A stretch of DNA of 64,000 bases from Thermoanaerobaculia bacterium (GTDB lineage: Bacteria > Acidobacteriota > Thermoanaerobaculia > UBA5066 > Gp7-AA6), in contig JBHENW010000050.1 in NCBI GenBank assembly GCA_046261875.1, positions 2,875-66,874 of the forward strand, written 5' to 3'. Below are positions 9,896 to 21,494 of this stretch, piece after piece; the first letter of the stretch is position 1; each line of letters begins with the position of its first letter. The position numbers were made by a program, and so were the translations under genes. The notes below the pieces were generated by a model. That model saw nothing but the letters and a program-made list of their open reading frames with translations, searched no databases and was not told the DNA's origin.

Positions 9896-10411
9896 GTGAT
9901 CCTCAAAGTGGCCAAGCTCGGGGTCCCGACGCTGCGGTCGAAGTCGCGAGAGGTCGATCCGCGCGCCGTCGCCCGGGGGGACTACGAGCCCTTCCTCGCG
10001 GACCTGGAAGACACGATGCACGAATACGAGGGGACCGGGATCGCGGCGCCGCAGGTCTTCACGCCGCTCCGCATCTTCCTCTACGAGGTCCATCCGGAGA
10101 CCCGCAAGCGCAAGGAGAAGGAGGTCCCGCTGACCGCTTTCTTCAACGCGACCTACGAGGGGGTGGGAGAGACGATCGAGGAAGACTCCGAGGGCTGCCT
10201 CTCCATGCCCTTCCTCTGGGGGGGTGTGGTTCCGCGCTTCCAGACGATCCGGGTCAACGCGCTCGAGCGGTCGGGCAAACCCGTGAGCTTCGAGGCGTCC
10301 GGCTACCACGCCCGCGTGCTCCAGCACGAGATCGACCACCTCGATGGCCTCGTCTATCTCGACCGCATGAAGGACATGAAGTCCCTGACCTACACCGTGC
10401 GGTTCGGTTAG
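9896..10411 (+). CDS. def: Peptide deformylase
   Basis: 171 aa with the three PDF motifs GTGIAAPQV, EGCLS and HEIDHLDG. Confidence 0.9.
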   Translation: MILKVAKLGVPTLRSKSREVDPRAVARGDYEPFLADLEDTMHEYEGTGIAAPQVFTPLRIFLYEVHPETRKRKEKEVPLTAFFNATYEGVGETIEEDSEGCLSMPFLWGGVVPRFQTIRVNALERSGKPVSFEASGYHARVLQHEIDHLDGLVYLDRMKDMKSLTYTVRFG

Positions 10412-10516
10412 GGGTCAATCGTGCATTCCTGCATTTTTCTCCGCCGACTGGGGCGATACGAGCTTGTGAAAAATTTCACATTCTCCCCGTCCGGCGGATA
10501 GAATCGCCGCCGGCCG

Positions 10517-11061
<545 letters not shown>

Positions 11062-11065
<4 letters not shown>

Positions 11066-12792
11066 CCGTCGCCGAGGCGCCGCCGCTTTCGCGCGGAGCC
11101 GAGCGGATCCGCGAGAGCCTCTCCCGCCATCCCGTTTCCAGCCGAGTCGAGATCCGCGACCTCGACCTGCCGACGCTCGAGCTCGGGCCGGAAGACTGGA
11201 CGAGCCTCGCCCGGTTCCTGCGGGACGACCCGGAGTGCCGCTACGACCTCTTCCTCGACCTCGCCGCGGTGGACAACCTGCGCCGGAAGGGACGTCCCAC
11301 GCGGTTCGAGGCCGTGTTTCACCTCCGCTCGCTCTCCCGCGAGAACCACCTCCGCGTGAAGGTCCTCCTGCCGGACGGGAAGGAGCCCGTGCTCCCTTCG
11401 GTGCACGAGATCTGGCCCGCGGCCAACTGGTTCGAGCGCGAAGCCTTCGACCTCATGGGCTTCCGGTTCACCGGCCACCCGAACCTGCGACGGCTCCTCG
11501 TGCACGACGCCTTCGTCGGTCACCCGCTGCGCAAGGACTACGCCCCCGGCCAGCGCTGGTTCTTCTCCGAGGACGACCTGCGGATGCCCGACTGGGCCCA
11601 GGAAACCGACGAGCGCGCCGGCCACTTCGAGACACAGACCCTCTCGATCGGCCCCTCCCATCCGGCGACGCACGGGATCATCCACCTGATCGCCCGCCTC
11701 GACGGCGAGCGCGTTACACGGGCCGAGACCCAGATCGGCTACATGCACCGCTGCTTCGAGAAGATGTCGGAGACGCACACCTGGAACCAGGTCATCCCGT
11801 ACTGCGACCGGCTCAACTACGTCTCCGCGATGATCAACGGCGTCGGGTACGTGAAGACCGTCGAGAAGATGCTCGGCATCGACGTCCCGGAGCGCGGCGT
11901 CCTCATCCGCACGATCCTCTCGGAGTTCTCGCGGATCATGGACCACTGCGTGAACATCGGGACCAACCTCGTGGACATCGGCGCGCTGACGAACTTCTGG
12001 TACCTCTACCAGCCCCGCGAGAACATCTACGGCCTCCTCGAAGCGTGCTGCGGGGCGCGCCTGACGGTCTCCTACGTGCGGGTCGGCGGGCTCGCGATCG
12101 ACGTGCCCGACGACTTCGTTCCGCGCTGCCGGGCGCTGCTCGAGTCGATCCCGAACTTCCTGGACGACGTGGACCGCCTCGTCACGCGCAACCGGATCGT
12201 CCGTAACCGGCTCGGCGGGACCGGCGTCGTCACGGCCGAGCAGGCGATCGCCTGGGGCTTCACCGGCCCGATGCTCCGCTCGACGGGCGTGCCCTACGAC
12301 GTCCGGCGGGCGCGGCCCTACGACTTCTACGACCGGTTCGACTGGGACGTGGCGATCTCGAAGAACGGCGACAACTACGCCCGCTACTCCGTCCGTATGG
12401 AGGAGATGCGGCAGTCGTTGAAGATCATCCGCCAGGCACTCGACATCTTCCCGGCGAGCGGCCCCGTGAACTCCTCCGACTGGCACGTCGTCCTCCCGCC
12501 GAAGGACGCCGTGTACCACGACATGGAGTCGCTCATCTACCACTTCAAGCTCATCATGGAAGGCATCCGCGTACCGAAGGGGGAGCGCTACGACTGGATC
12601 GAAGGGGCCAACGGGGAGCTCGGCTTCTACGCGATCTCGGAAGGCGGCGGAGGCCCCTATCGCCTGAAGCCCCGGCCCCCGTGCTTCCCGATCCTGGCGG
12701 CCTACGAGCACATGATCGTGGGCGGCACGATCTCCGACGCCGTCGCGACGCTCGGCACGCTCAACATCATCGCCGGGGAGCTCGAGCGGTGA
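11062..12792 (+). CDS. nuoCD: Fused NADH-quinone oxidoreductase subunits C/D (NuoCD)
   Basis: ATG at 11062 overlaps the nuoB stop. N-terminal 30-kDa NuoC domain, then the NuoD domain ([22 protein letters not shown], ...GELER). No hydrogenase-type RxCGxC / DPCxxC Ni ligands. Confidence 0.9.
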
Positions 12793-13874
12793 GCGGCGTC
12801 GTCGACGTCTCCATCCGCGACCCGCGCAAGCTCACCTTCGCCGAGCGCCTCTATTTGCCCGAAATCTTCAAGGGGATGGCCGTCACGATGAGGCATTTCC
12901 TGCGCAACGTCGTCCGCGTCGGCCGTCTCCCGACGATCCTCTACCCCGAGCAGAAGCGCGACTACTCCGGCCGCTTCCGCGGCAAGCACATCTTGACGAC
13001 CCGCGACGACGGGACGCTCAAGTGCGTGGCCTGCTACATGTGCGCGCAAGCCTGTCCGGCGGAGTGCATCACGATCGTCGCCGGCGAGCATCCCAAGCTC
13101 GCTTACGAGAAGTACCCGGTCGTCTTCGACATCGACATGCTGCGCTGCGTGTACTGCGGCTTCTGTGTCGACGCCTGCCCCAAGGACGCGATCTGGATGA
13201 CGCGCGACTACGAGATGGCCTTCTTCAACCGCCAGGAAGCCGTTTTCGGCATCAACAAGCTCGTGGCGAAGCCGGGTCTGCCGGTCAAGGACGGGGTCGG
13301 CTACCGGCCGTACTACCCTGGGGACGGAACCGTGCCGCCGACCGACGCGGCGGTCGCTCCCGTGCCGCCCGGCGACGGGGAGCGTTTCCGCCTGCGCGAG
13401 GAGGGCCTTCCCGTCGTCCCCCGTCCGTCCGCGCCGCAGCTCGAGCCGGAGACCCGGGCGGACGCCGCGCCGGCGGCGAAAGTCGTCGGAGCGCTGCTCC
13501 TGGCGGTGCTGCCGCTCCTGCCGGCTTGCGCGAGCCGGGGAAAGGGGCGGGTCGTGGCGGTCACCCGGGTCCGCGAGCAAGTTTCGCCGTGCAACTTCCT
13601 CGGGCGGGTCACCGGGACCGAGGTCGGGGAGACGGAGACCGCCGAAGCGGCTCCCTCCGGAACGACCGAGTTCGCCATGCGCCAGGCCGCTGCCGCGCTC
13701 GGCGCCGACACGGTCCTGGTCCTTCCGGGCGGGTTGGCGGGCGAAGCCTCTCTCTGCGGGGAACGCTCGCCGGTCGTCGTCGAGAAGCCCGATCGGCGCC
13801 GCCGGACGCACGCCGGGATTCCGGTCGCCACGACCCCCACGCCCTCCGGCGTCTGGCCCGCCGGACTCCGATAG
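12789..13874 (+). CDS. nuoI: NuoI-like 2x[4Fe-4S] ferredoxin subunit (about 175-aa core) with an unusual roughly 185-aa C-terminal extension
   Basis: GTG at 12789 overlaps the nuoCD stop. CVACYMCAQACP and CVYCGFCVDACP motifs. The extension is Pro/Ala-rich, then a lipoprotein-signal-like segment (AAKVVGALLLAVLPLLPAC) and a small Cys-containing domain. Confidence 0.7.
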   Translation: MSGVVDVSIRDPRKLTFAERLYLPEIFKGMAVTMRHFLRNVVRVGRLPTILYPEQKRDYSGRFRGKHILTTRDDGTLKCVACYMCAQACPAECITIVAGEHPKLAYEKYPVVFDIDMLRCVYCGFCVDACPKDAIWMTRDYEMAFFNRQEAVFGINKLVAKPGLPVKDGVGYRPYYPGDGTVPPTDAAVAPVPPGDGERFRLREEGLPVVPRPSAPQLEPETRADAAPAAKVVGALLLAVLPLLPACASRGKGRVVAVTRVREQVSPCNFLGRVTGTEVGETETAEAAPSGTTEFAMRQAAAALGADTVLVLPGGLAGEASLCGERSPVVVEKPDRRRRTHAGIPVATTPTPSGVWPAGLR

Positions 13875-13883
13875 GCGGCGCTC

Positions 13884-14906
13884 GTGCTGCCGCTCGATCA
13901 GATGCGTCGGGAGCTGACCCACCGGGCGCGAACGCTCCTGCGGCGGCTCGGCTCCGGCTTCACGACGAGGCCGCGGGCGGACGCCCGATTCCGCGATCGC
14001 TACTTCGCGGAGGAGCCGGTCCACCTGCGCCGGATGAAGGAGTACCGGCTCGACCGCTTTCCGAAGTCCGGGCCGCTGCCCTGGCTCGACCGGCCCGACG
14101 CGCAAGAGGAGATCGCACGCCGGCGCGCGGCCGGGGAGATCTCGGAGGAGGAGGCTGCGCGTTGCCGGCAATGGGCGCGGGACGGCTTCGTCCTCCTGCC
14201 CGGCCTCTTCTCAGCCGCGTATCTGGACTCGGTCTGGGCCGCCTACGAACGGGGCATCGCGGACGGCACCGTCGTCCTGCAGCCGGAGCAGCCGATCCGC
14301 GGCGACCCGCTGCCCCCGCGTTCGCTCGACCCGCACCTCAAGGTGACCGAGCTGGACGGCCTGCTGCGCCATCCGCAGCTCCTGAAGTGCAGCAACCTGC
14401 TCCTCGGGCGCGAGTCCGTCCCTTTCCAGACGCTCCTGTCCCACAAGGGGAGCCAGCAGAAGCCGCACTCCGACTCGATCCACATGACGACGTATCCGCC
14501 GGGCTACCTGACGGCCTGTTGGGTCGCTTTCGAGGAGATCCATCCCGACTGCGGACCCGTCGAGTACTACCCCGGCAGCCACCGGCTGCCGTTTCTCTCG
14601 AGCGACGCCCTCGGGATCTCGACCGCCGACTTCCGGCGTCGCGGCTATGCGACCTACTTCGAGCGCTACGAGCCCGCGATCGCCAACCTGGTCCAGCGGG
14701 AGAGCCTGGTGCCCGTTCCCTTCCGGGCCCGGAAGGGAGACGTCCTGTTCTGGCACGCGAACCTGATCCACGCCGGGTCGCCCCGCCGCAACCTCTCGCT
14801 GTCGCGCAAGGCGGCGGTCTGCCACTACTTCGCGAAGGGGGCGGTCTGTTACCACGATCTCGCGGGGACTCTGGCCGACCCGGGACGGGTCGGGGCCGCC
14901 CACTGA
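13884..14906 (+). CDS. Phytanoyl-CoA dioxygenase (PhyH) family Fe(II)/2-oxoglutarate oxygenase
   Basis: 340 aa. HSDSIHMTTYPPGYLTACWVAFEEIHPDCGPVEYYPGSHRLP resembles the PhyH His-x-Asp...His facial triad region. Confidence 0.65.
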   Translation: MLPLDQMRRELTHRARTLLRRLGSGFTTRPRADARFRDRYFAEEPVHLRRMKEYRLDRFPKSGPLPWLDRPDAQEEIARRRAAGEISEEEAARCRQWARDGFVLLPGLFSAAYLDSVWAAYERGIADGTVVLQPEQPIRGDPLPPRSLDPHLKVTELDGLLRHPQLLKCSNLLLGRESVPFQTLLSHKGSQQKPHSDSIHMTTYPPGYLTACWVAFEEIHPDCGPVEYYPGSHRLPFLSSDALGISTADFRRRGYATYFERYEPAIANLVQRESLVPVPFRARKGDVLFWHANLIHAGSPRRNLSLSRKAAVCHYFAKGAVCYHDLAGTLADPGRVGAAH

Positions 14907-14919
14907 GTCCGACGGAGGC

Positions 14920-17760
14920 CTAGAAGGAGACGCGCAGCCCCAGGCGCGCGCTCCGAGGCGCCTGGCGGAGGAAGGCCTCGCCGAACCGCTCGTTGCATTT
15001 CTCCTCGTCCGGGTCCGTCGCGCTCGAACCGCAGACGTAGTCCGCGTTGGAGAACTCCGCGAAGTTGTAACGCTGATCCAGAAGGACGGCCTTCTGCGCG
15101 TTCAACAGGTTGAACACGTCCAGGAGGAAGTTCACGGTGACCGGCCCCACCGCGAGCGGGTAGCCCAGATGCAGGTCGGCTTCGTAGGTGTCCGGCGTGC
15201 GCCCCTCCGCCCCCCTGCGCATCAGGAAGAACTCATAGCGGCCGTACGCGTCGGAGAAACCGTAACGGGTCACCGGCGTCCCGGTGCGGTAGTACGCCGC
15301 GAGACCGACGGAAAGCTGGAACGGCGTCACGTACACGCCGGAAACCTTGAACTGGTGCCGCCGGTCGTTGGAGAGGGGGCCCCGGTTGGTGATCTCGTCC
15401 CGATTCTGCCCGTCCGTGAAGAAGTCGTAGTAGTCGTAGGCCGCCGTGATGTTCGGGTCCGGTCCGATGTTGGTGAAGGGCGCGTACTCCCCGTCGAAGT
15501 TCCCGTCCAGCTTGGACCAGAGATAGGACGCGATCGCCTGCCAGTTGTTCGAGAAGCGTTTGACGACGTCGAGCTGCACGCCCCGGAAGATGCGCTTGGG
15601 GTCCGGCGCCTCGAAAGTCGTCGCGTAATCGAGCGTGAAAACGCGGTCCATGATCCCCTCGCCCGGGTTCCCGATGCAGTACGTCCCGTCGTCCGCGCAG
15701 AGGAAGTCCTCGACGACCTGGCCGTAGTCCCGGTAGATGTACTTCGCCCCCACGGCGAGGTCGCGCAGGATCTCGCGCTCGCCTCCGAAAATGATCTCGC
15801 GGATGTACTGATTCTCCAGGTTCGGCTCGACGGGCTCGGTGAAGCCGCCGAAGATCCCGCTCTCGCTCTCGAGCAGGGCCTCCGCCGCCGGATCCGGCTC
15901 GATCCCGAGCGGATCGAAGTTGTTGACCCGCGGTTGCCGCTCGAATGAGAAGGAGCGGATGACGAGGTCCATCGGGATTTCTTCGTAGTAGTGGCCGTAG
16001 GATGCGAAGACCTTCGTCTTCCGATCGCCGGCCGGGTTCCAGATCAGGCCGAGCCGCGGCGCGAAGTCCTCGTCGAGGGTGATCCGCGTGACGCCGGAGG
16101 CGTCGATGATTTCCTGGCGGTCCCACCGCACGCCGGCGTTCAACGTGAGGCTCGGGAGGACGTTCCAGCGGTCCTGCAGGTAGACCGTCCAGATCTCGTG
16201 CTCGGGGCTCGCGGTGAGCTGCGACAGCGGCGCGTTGAAGGGCGACGCCGTCGCGTCCGGCGTCGTCCAGTAGAAGTGCTGGTAGATGGGGCGCGAGGGA
16301 TCCGCCGGGTTCGCGAAGATGGTCACCTGCTGGCCGCCGGACATGCGCTTGACCACCTCCGCCGTGGTGTTCTCGAACTCGATGCCGCCCTTCACCTCGT
16401 GCTTGCTCAGGTAGAAGCTCGCCGCGGTCGCATAGTGGTCCCGCACGAAGTCCTTCTTCTGGATCAGGCCGAAGCCTCCGGTCTGGAAGTTGTCCGCCCG
16501 GGTGTCGATGAACTCGACGACGTCTCCCTCTTCTCCGGCCGGGCCGATCGAGTTTCGCTCCTCGTGCCGCGCCGCCTGCGCGGAGACGGACATCGCGGCG
16601 CCGAGGAGACCGTCATAGCGCAGGGAGTAGTTGCGGCCCCCGTAATCCTGCCGTCCCTCGAAGGTCGTGCGCTCGCCGTTCAACGTATGGTTCGCGTCGT
16701 TGATCGCGCCGCTGTCGGTCCGGGGGTCCTGGATCAACGAGGCCACGAGGGAGTGGCTCGGCGCCACCCGCCAGGTGATTTTCCCCGCTCCGAGGTTGCG
16801 ATGGCTCTCCGACTCCACGACTTCTCCGGCGAACGGCCCCGCCGTCAGCTCGTTTTCCACGGTGTGGGTGACCCGGTCATACGCCGCGAAGAACCAGAGC
16901 CGGTCCCGCAACACGAAGCCGCCGAGGTCCGCCCCGTAGTCCTCCCGAGTGACGCCGAGGGCTGCGCCCTGGAGGGTCTCGCCGACGTTCTTGTTGTCCG
17001 CCTGGAGAGAGTCGTCGTCGTAGTAGCCGAAGAGGTCTCCATGGAACTCGTTTCCACCCGACTTGGTGATCACGTTGACGATCCCGCCGGTCGATCGCCC
17101 GTACTCGGCCTCGTAGCCGCCGGTCTTGACGTCGACTTCCTGGATGAACTCGAAGTTGAGCTCCTTGCCCTGCAGACCGTACTCGACGCCCGTCGTGTTC
17201 GCGCCGTCGATGAGATAGGCGTTCTCGGCGCCCGAAGACCCGTAGACGGTCAGACCGGTCTGGTTGCTGTCGGCGTTGTCCGTGGCCGTGCCGGGGACGA
17301 TCTGGACGACCGAGGAGTAATTCCGACCGGTCGGAAGCGACTGGATGGCGCGCTGGGAGATGCTGGCGCCGAGCGTCGTCGACGTGGAATCGATGACCGG
17401 GGCTTCGCCCGTGACCAGGACTTCCTCCCGGGCGGTCGGCCGGAGGCGGAAGTCCGCCGTGACCGTCCGGTCGAGCGGGACGATCACGTTCTGGTCGGCC
17501 CGGCCATAGCCGGACAGCGACGCGGACACGGCGTACGTGCCCGGAGGCAGGAGGGCGAGACGGTAGGAGCCGTCGTTGGCGGTCGTCGTCCGTTGAGTCC
17601 CCTGGCTCGCCGGACTCGTGGCTTCCACCGTGACACCGGGCAATGGCGACCCGTCGGGGTCGGAGACGGTGCCGATCATCGAGCCCGTGGTCTGGGCGAG
17701 CGCCGGAAGCGCGGCGATCAAAGCGGCCGTGAACGAGAAAACCGTACGGAGTCGGCTCAT
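14920..17760 (-). CDS. TonB-dependent receptor-like outer membrane protein with N-terminal carboxypeptidase-regulatory-like domain (Oar-like)
   Basis: Signal peptide MSRLRTVFSFTAALIAALPALAQ (ATG at 17760). The CarbopepD_reg-like segment SGYGRADQNVIV...RTVTADFRLRP, plug and a beta-barrel ending in the aromatic terminus ...LGLRVSF. Confidence 0.75.
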   Translation of the reverse strand: MSRLRTVFSFTAALIAALPALAQTTGSMIGTVSDPDGSPLPGVTVEATSPASQGTQRTTTANDGSYRLALLPPGTYAVSASLSGYGRADQNVIVPLDRTVTADFRLRPTAREEVLVTGEAPVIDSTSTTLGASISQRAIQSLPTGRNYSSVVQIVPGTATDNADSNQTGLTVYGSSGAENAYLIDGANTTGVEYGLQGKELNFEFIQEVDVKTGGYEAEYGRSTGGIVNVITKSGGNEFHGDLFGYYDDDSLQADNKNVGETLQGAALGVTREDYGADLGGFVLRDRLWFFAAYDRVTHTVENELTAGPFAGEVVESESHRNLGAGKITWRVAPSHSLVASLIQDPRTDSGAINDANHTLNGERTTFEGRQDYGGRNYSLRYDGLLGAAMSVSAQAARHEERNSIGPAGEEGDVVEFIDTRADNFQTGGFGLIQKKDFVRDHYATAASFYLSKHEVKGGIEFENTTAEVVKRMSGGQQVTIFANPADPSRPIYQHFYWTTPDATASPFNAPLSQLTASPEHEIWTVYLQDRWNVLPSLTLNAGVRWDRQEIIDASGVTRITLDEDFAPRLGLIWNPAGDRKTKVFASYGHYYEEIPMDLVIRSFSFERQPRVNNFDPLGIEPDPAAEALLESESGIFGGFTEPVEPNLENQYIREIIFGGEREILRDLAVGAKYIYRDYGQVVEDFLCADDGTYCIGNPGEGIMDRVFTLDYATTFEAPDPKRIFRGVQLDVVKRFSNNWQAIASYLWSKLDGNFDGEYAPFTNIGPDPNITAAYDYYDFFTDGQNRDEITNRGPLSNDRRHQFKVSGVYVTPFQLSVGLAAYYRTGTPVTRYGFSDAYGRYEFFLMRRGAEGRTPDTYEADLHLGYPLAVGPVTVNFLLDVFNLLNAQKAVLLDQRYNFAEFSNADYVCGSSATDPDEEKCNERFGEAFLRQAPRSARLGLRVSF

Positions 17761-17838
17761 GGGGGGACCTCCTTCCGCAGATGGGAAGGCTAGCACTTTA
17801 GTGCCACCAGGCCCACCCTCCCGGATCGAGGCTTTTTC

Positions 17839-19220
17839 CTAGAAGGCTTCCGTGTCCGTGACGCTCGCCACCTGCTGGATGTTCCGGTAAGTCCTGGTTC
17901 TTCCCGTCTCGTTGTCCGTCACGGTGATCTCGTACTCGATGTTCGACAGCGAGCCGTAGAAGACCCAGAACCTGCCGTTGATCCGGGTCCCGTCGAGGAC
18001 CTTGAGCATGACCTCGAGGTTGGAAGCGTCGAAGAACCAGAACGCCGCGGTATCGGGCGTGAGCGTGACAGCGGAAGCCCGGCGTGGGAGCGCGTCCGAT
18101 CCGATGCCCCAGGTGATTCCGACGCAGAACCGGCCGCCCTGAAGGCAGGCAATCACGTCGTGCTGCGGGCAAAGGGGAGCGACGGCCGGCGAGCTCATGT
18201 CGTAGTCGAAGACCCCCGCCCATTGGGTTCCGACGTGAAGCGCGTTCCCGGCCGGGCTGACGACGATGTCCGTCATCGAAAGGTGAGGAAGAAGGCAGTT
18301 CAATTGTGTGAAGTGGAAGCCACCGTCCTCGCTCGCGAGGACCCCGCGCGACGCCGTGGCCGCATAGACACGAAGGGAGCTCTTGGGGTCGACCGCGACG
18401 GAGTTCACGACGCCGACGGCGGGATCGAGAGGAATGGGAAAAAAGCTCTCTCCGGCATCGACGCTCCGGTAAATCTCGCTGCCAAAGCCCCCGGCGAAGA
18501 CAGTGTGGGGACGGCTCGGATCGACGGTGATCCACCGGACCGTGAGGAAGGCGAGCCGTGGAAAGATTTCCTCGACGTCGGCCGAAGTCCAGGTCAGTCC
18601 GCCATCCAGCGTTCTGAGCACGCCGAGGCCGTCTCCGAGAAGGACGAAGTCCAGAACGTATGCCGCGGCGTAGACGACCGACGGAGAGACGGGGCTCACG
18701 ACCAGCGCGTAAGTACCTGTTTCCCGGAACTGTGCCCTGAGATTCGTCGGGGACCAGCTCAGACCGCTGTCCGTGCTCTTGAACACATTGCCGCCGGCCC
18801 CCGCGTACATGACGTACGGATCTGACCGCGCGAGAGCCAATGTTTCAATGCCGGACGACAGGGCAGTTACGTCTTCGGGAAAGGTGCTGATGGCCTCCCA
18901 GGACCGGCCCGAGTCGGTGCTCCTCAGGACATGGGGTCCTGGAATGTGCGTACAGAAGAGACGGATTCGATGGATGAACGATGACTCGACGGACGGGCAG
19001 CGGGCTTCGTGTTTCCCAACTCTGCCCGGCGTTGACGCTCGCGAACAACCGCCCTGTCCCCGAGATTGCATAAAGGACAGACGGATCGGAGGGCGCTATC
19101 GGGAGAGCCATGATTCCTCGTTGTTCCGGCGGGCCGCTCGTCGTCCAGCGGCCGGTCCGGCGAGGAGAGAAGCGGGAACGAACAAGGCCGCGAAGCTCGC
19201 CGCGAACGGGATACGCATGG
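17839..19220 (-). pseudogene. BNR/Asp-box repeat beta-propeller protein; reading frame broken into three phases (signal peptide, N-terminal repeats, main body). Pseudogene or assembly errors
   Basis: Signal peptide MRIPFAASFAALFVPASLLAGPAAG (19220..) stops after 40 codons. The next frame carries MALPIAPSDPSVLYAISGTGRLFASVNAGQSWETRS...LLYAHS. The main 410-aa frame carries STDSGRSW, STDSGLSW, TLDGGLTW and SVDAGESF repeats. Frame switches at about 19100 and 18945. Confidence 0.45.
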
Positions 19221-19235
19221 GGACCTCCTCGAGTT

Positions 19236-21461
19236 CTACGGAACTCGCGCGGGAGCCGTGGAAGCTCCTTCGAACAGCCGCTCTACCGTCACGGTCGCGT
19301 TGTAGTCCGGCTCGCCGGACTCGGGATCCATCCCTCCCTCCCCGAGCAACGCCATACCCTCCGGCCAGTGGACCTCGAGGTTGCCGGCCTTGATTGGCGC
19401 GATGCGGACGCGCCCGCGGAACTCGCCGGAGTCCGAGGCGAGCCGGACGGAATCTCCGTCGGCGAGACCGCGCGCCGTGGCGTCCGATGCGCTCATGAGC
19501 ACGTCTTCCCGCGATGCCCCCGTCAGGGGGTCGCGGTCGCGTTGCACCATCGAGTTGAACTGCTTGCCGCGGCGGGTCGAGAGCCGGAAGCGCCCGTCGG
19601 CCTCGGCGCGGCGGGGCAGGCGGAACGGGCTGAACCGCGCTTTCCCGTCGGGCGTCGCGAACCGACCGTCCCCGTAGAGCTGCGGTCCGCCCCACTGGAC
19701 CTGCTCGCCCGCCGCCGACAGTGTCTCGATGCCACGATAGAGCGGTATGGCGCGCGCCATCTCTTCGCGCAGCGCGGCGGTCGAGGGGAGGCGCCAGGAT
19801 CCCGCCTGCTCCGGCCGCGCCTGAATGCAGACGTCGCGGAAGACCTCCCACTCGGGGCGCGCGCCGGCGATCCGCCGGCCCGGGATCTCCGGCGAAAAAA
19901 TGATCCGGCGCTCCGTCGAGGTCTCCGTGACGCCGCCGGGCGTCTCGTAGCGGGTCGCGGCCGGAAAGAGAAATACGGTGTCTGACGGCTCGACGAGCAT
20001 CGCGGAAGAGAGAACGATGTCCTGGTGGATGCGCAGCCCCGGCTTCTCCAGAGCTGCCCGTCCGCGCGCGGCGTTCGGAAGCGTCTCGAGGAAGTTGCCG
20101 CCGACCATCCAGAAGACGTCGATCTCTCCGCGGGCGGAGGCGTCGACCTGCTCGGCGGCGCTCAAGCCCGGAGCGTCGTTGACTGGAAAGCCCCAGACCT
20201 CACCCCACCGGTCGCGGGCCCAGGCCTCGACCTGCGGCACGCAGCCGACCTCGGCGCCTCCCTGGACGCCGGAGTGGCCGCGGATCGGCATGAGGCCGCG
20301 CAGGGGCCGGCCGGGCAGGCCCCGCGCCAGCCCCACGTTGACCAGGGCGCGCACCGTGTCCACGCCGTGCGCGTGCTGCGTCAGGCCCATGGACCAGACG
20401 AAATGGGCGTTGGGGTGAGACGTCAGGAGCCGCGCGAAATCACGCATGCGTTCGGGCGTGGCGCCACTCGAGCGCTCGAGTTCCTCCCACGGCACGGAGC
20501 GCGCGGAGGCCTCCGCCTCTTCGAACCCGGCCGTGAGCTCCCGTACGAAAACCGTGTCCACGCCACCGGGCTCCTCGAGCAACGCCTTGAAGACGCCGGC
20601 GAGGAATGCGAGATCGCCGCCGGTGTCCACTTCGAACCAGTCATCCGCCAACCGCGTCCCGAAGACGGCGCTCTCGAAGGCCGAAGGGACCCAGTAGGCC
20701 TCGAGCCCCGGTTCCCGATACGGATTGACGACGGCGATCCGGGCGCCCTTCTTCTTCGCTTCGTAGAGGTACTTGGTCGTCACCGGCTGGTTGTTGGGCA
20801 CGTTGGAGCCGAAGAACACGATGAGGTCCGAGCCGATCCAGTCGCGGTAGGTGCACGTCGAAGCGCCGTGGCCGAGCATTCCCTTCATCGCCGTCGTCGA
20901 AGCCGCGTGGCAGAGGCGCGCCGCGTTGTCCACGTGGTTCGAGCCGAAGAAGCGCGCTGCCCGCTGGGCCGCGTAGTACGTCTCGTTGGGGATCCCGCGC
21001 GAGGTCAGGTAGAAGGCGATCCGCCCGGGAGCGGCGGTGCGAAGGCCGCCGGCGGCCGCCCCGATCGCCTCGTCCCACGGTATGGCGCGGAACCCTTTCT
21101 CCCCGCGGCGCCGGATCATCGGCTCCGAGAGGCGTCCGAGCGACCGGAGGTCGCGCGAAGTCAGCGCGGCGAGAGGGCCCGCGTCACTGAGCCGTCCCGG
21201 ATCCATCGCGGGCATCGTGTTGAGCCGCATCAGCTCGAGCCGCACCATGCAGAGGTGCGTCCCTTCGATCGTCCAGTCGCGCATCCCGGTCGTGCCCAGG
21301 GCGCAGCCGTCGCACACACCCTTTTTCAGGATGCGCCAGGCGAAGGGGATCTGGTCGCGGTTCTCCCAGGCGATCCGAGCCATTTCCCGGAAGTGGTGCG
21401 GCTTGGGAAGGCCGAGACCGAAGGGGCGAAGAGAGGCCCGGGAGCTACCGGGACGTGGCAT
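19236..21461 (-). CDS. Molybdopterin-dependent oxidoreductase, FdhF-like/YdeP-family catalytic subunit
   Basis: 741 aa. N-terminal Cys cluster (KKGVCDGCALGTTG), MopB and C-terminal molybdopterin dinucleotide-binding domains. No in-frame TGA. Confidence 0.7.
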   Translation of the reverse strand: MPRPGSSRASLRPFGLGLPKPHHFREMARIAWENRDQIPFAWRILKKGVCDGCALGTTGMRDWTIEGTHLCMVRLELMRLNTMPAMDPGRLSDAGPLAALTSRDLRSLGRLSEPMIRRRGEKGFRAIPWDEAIGAAAGGLRTAAPGRIAFYLTSRGIPNETYYAAQRAARFFGSNHVDNAARLCHAASTTAMKGMLGHGASTCTYRDWIGSDLIVFFGSNVPNNQPVTTKYLYEAKKKGARIAVVNPYREPGLEAYWVPSAFESAVFGTRLADDWFEVDTGGDLAFLAGVFKALLEEPGGVDTVFVRELTAGFEEAEASARSVPWEELERSSGATPERMRDFARLLTSHPNAHFVWSMGLTQHAHGVDTVRALVNVGLARGLPGRPLRGLMPIRGHSGVQGGAEVGCVPQVEAWARDRWGEVWGFPVNDAPGLSAAEQVDASARGEIDVFWMVGGNFLETLPNAARGRAALEKPGLRIHQDIVLSSAMLVEPSDTVFLFPAATRYETPGGVTETSTERRIIFSPEIPGRRIAGARPEWEVFRDVCIQARPEQAGSWRLPSTAALREEMARAIPLYRGIETLSAAGEQVQWGGPQLYGDGRFATPDGKARFSPFRLPRRAEADGRFRLSTRRGKQFNSMVQRDRDPLTGASREDVLMSASDATARGLADGDSVRLASDSGEFRGRVRIAPIKAGNLEVHWPEGMALLGEGGMDPESGEPDYNATVTVERLFEGASTAPARVP

Positions 21462-21494
21462 GCCACGCGATTCTAAAGGTCGCGCGGCCTCGGT

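Noticed and set aside
19236-21461. Selenocysteine in the FdhF/YdeP-like molybdoenzyme
   Set aside because: The ORF is continuous, with a Cys-rich N-terminus and no in-frame TGA, so it is not a Sec-containing formate dehydrogenase.
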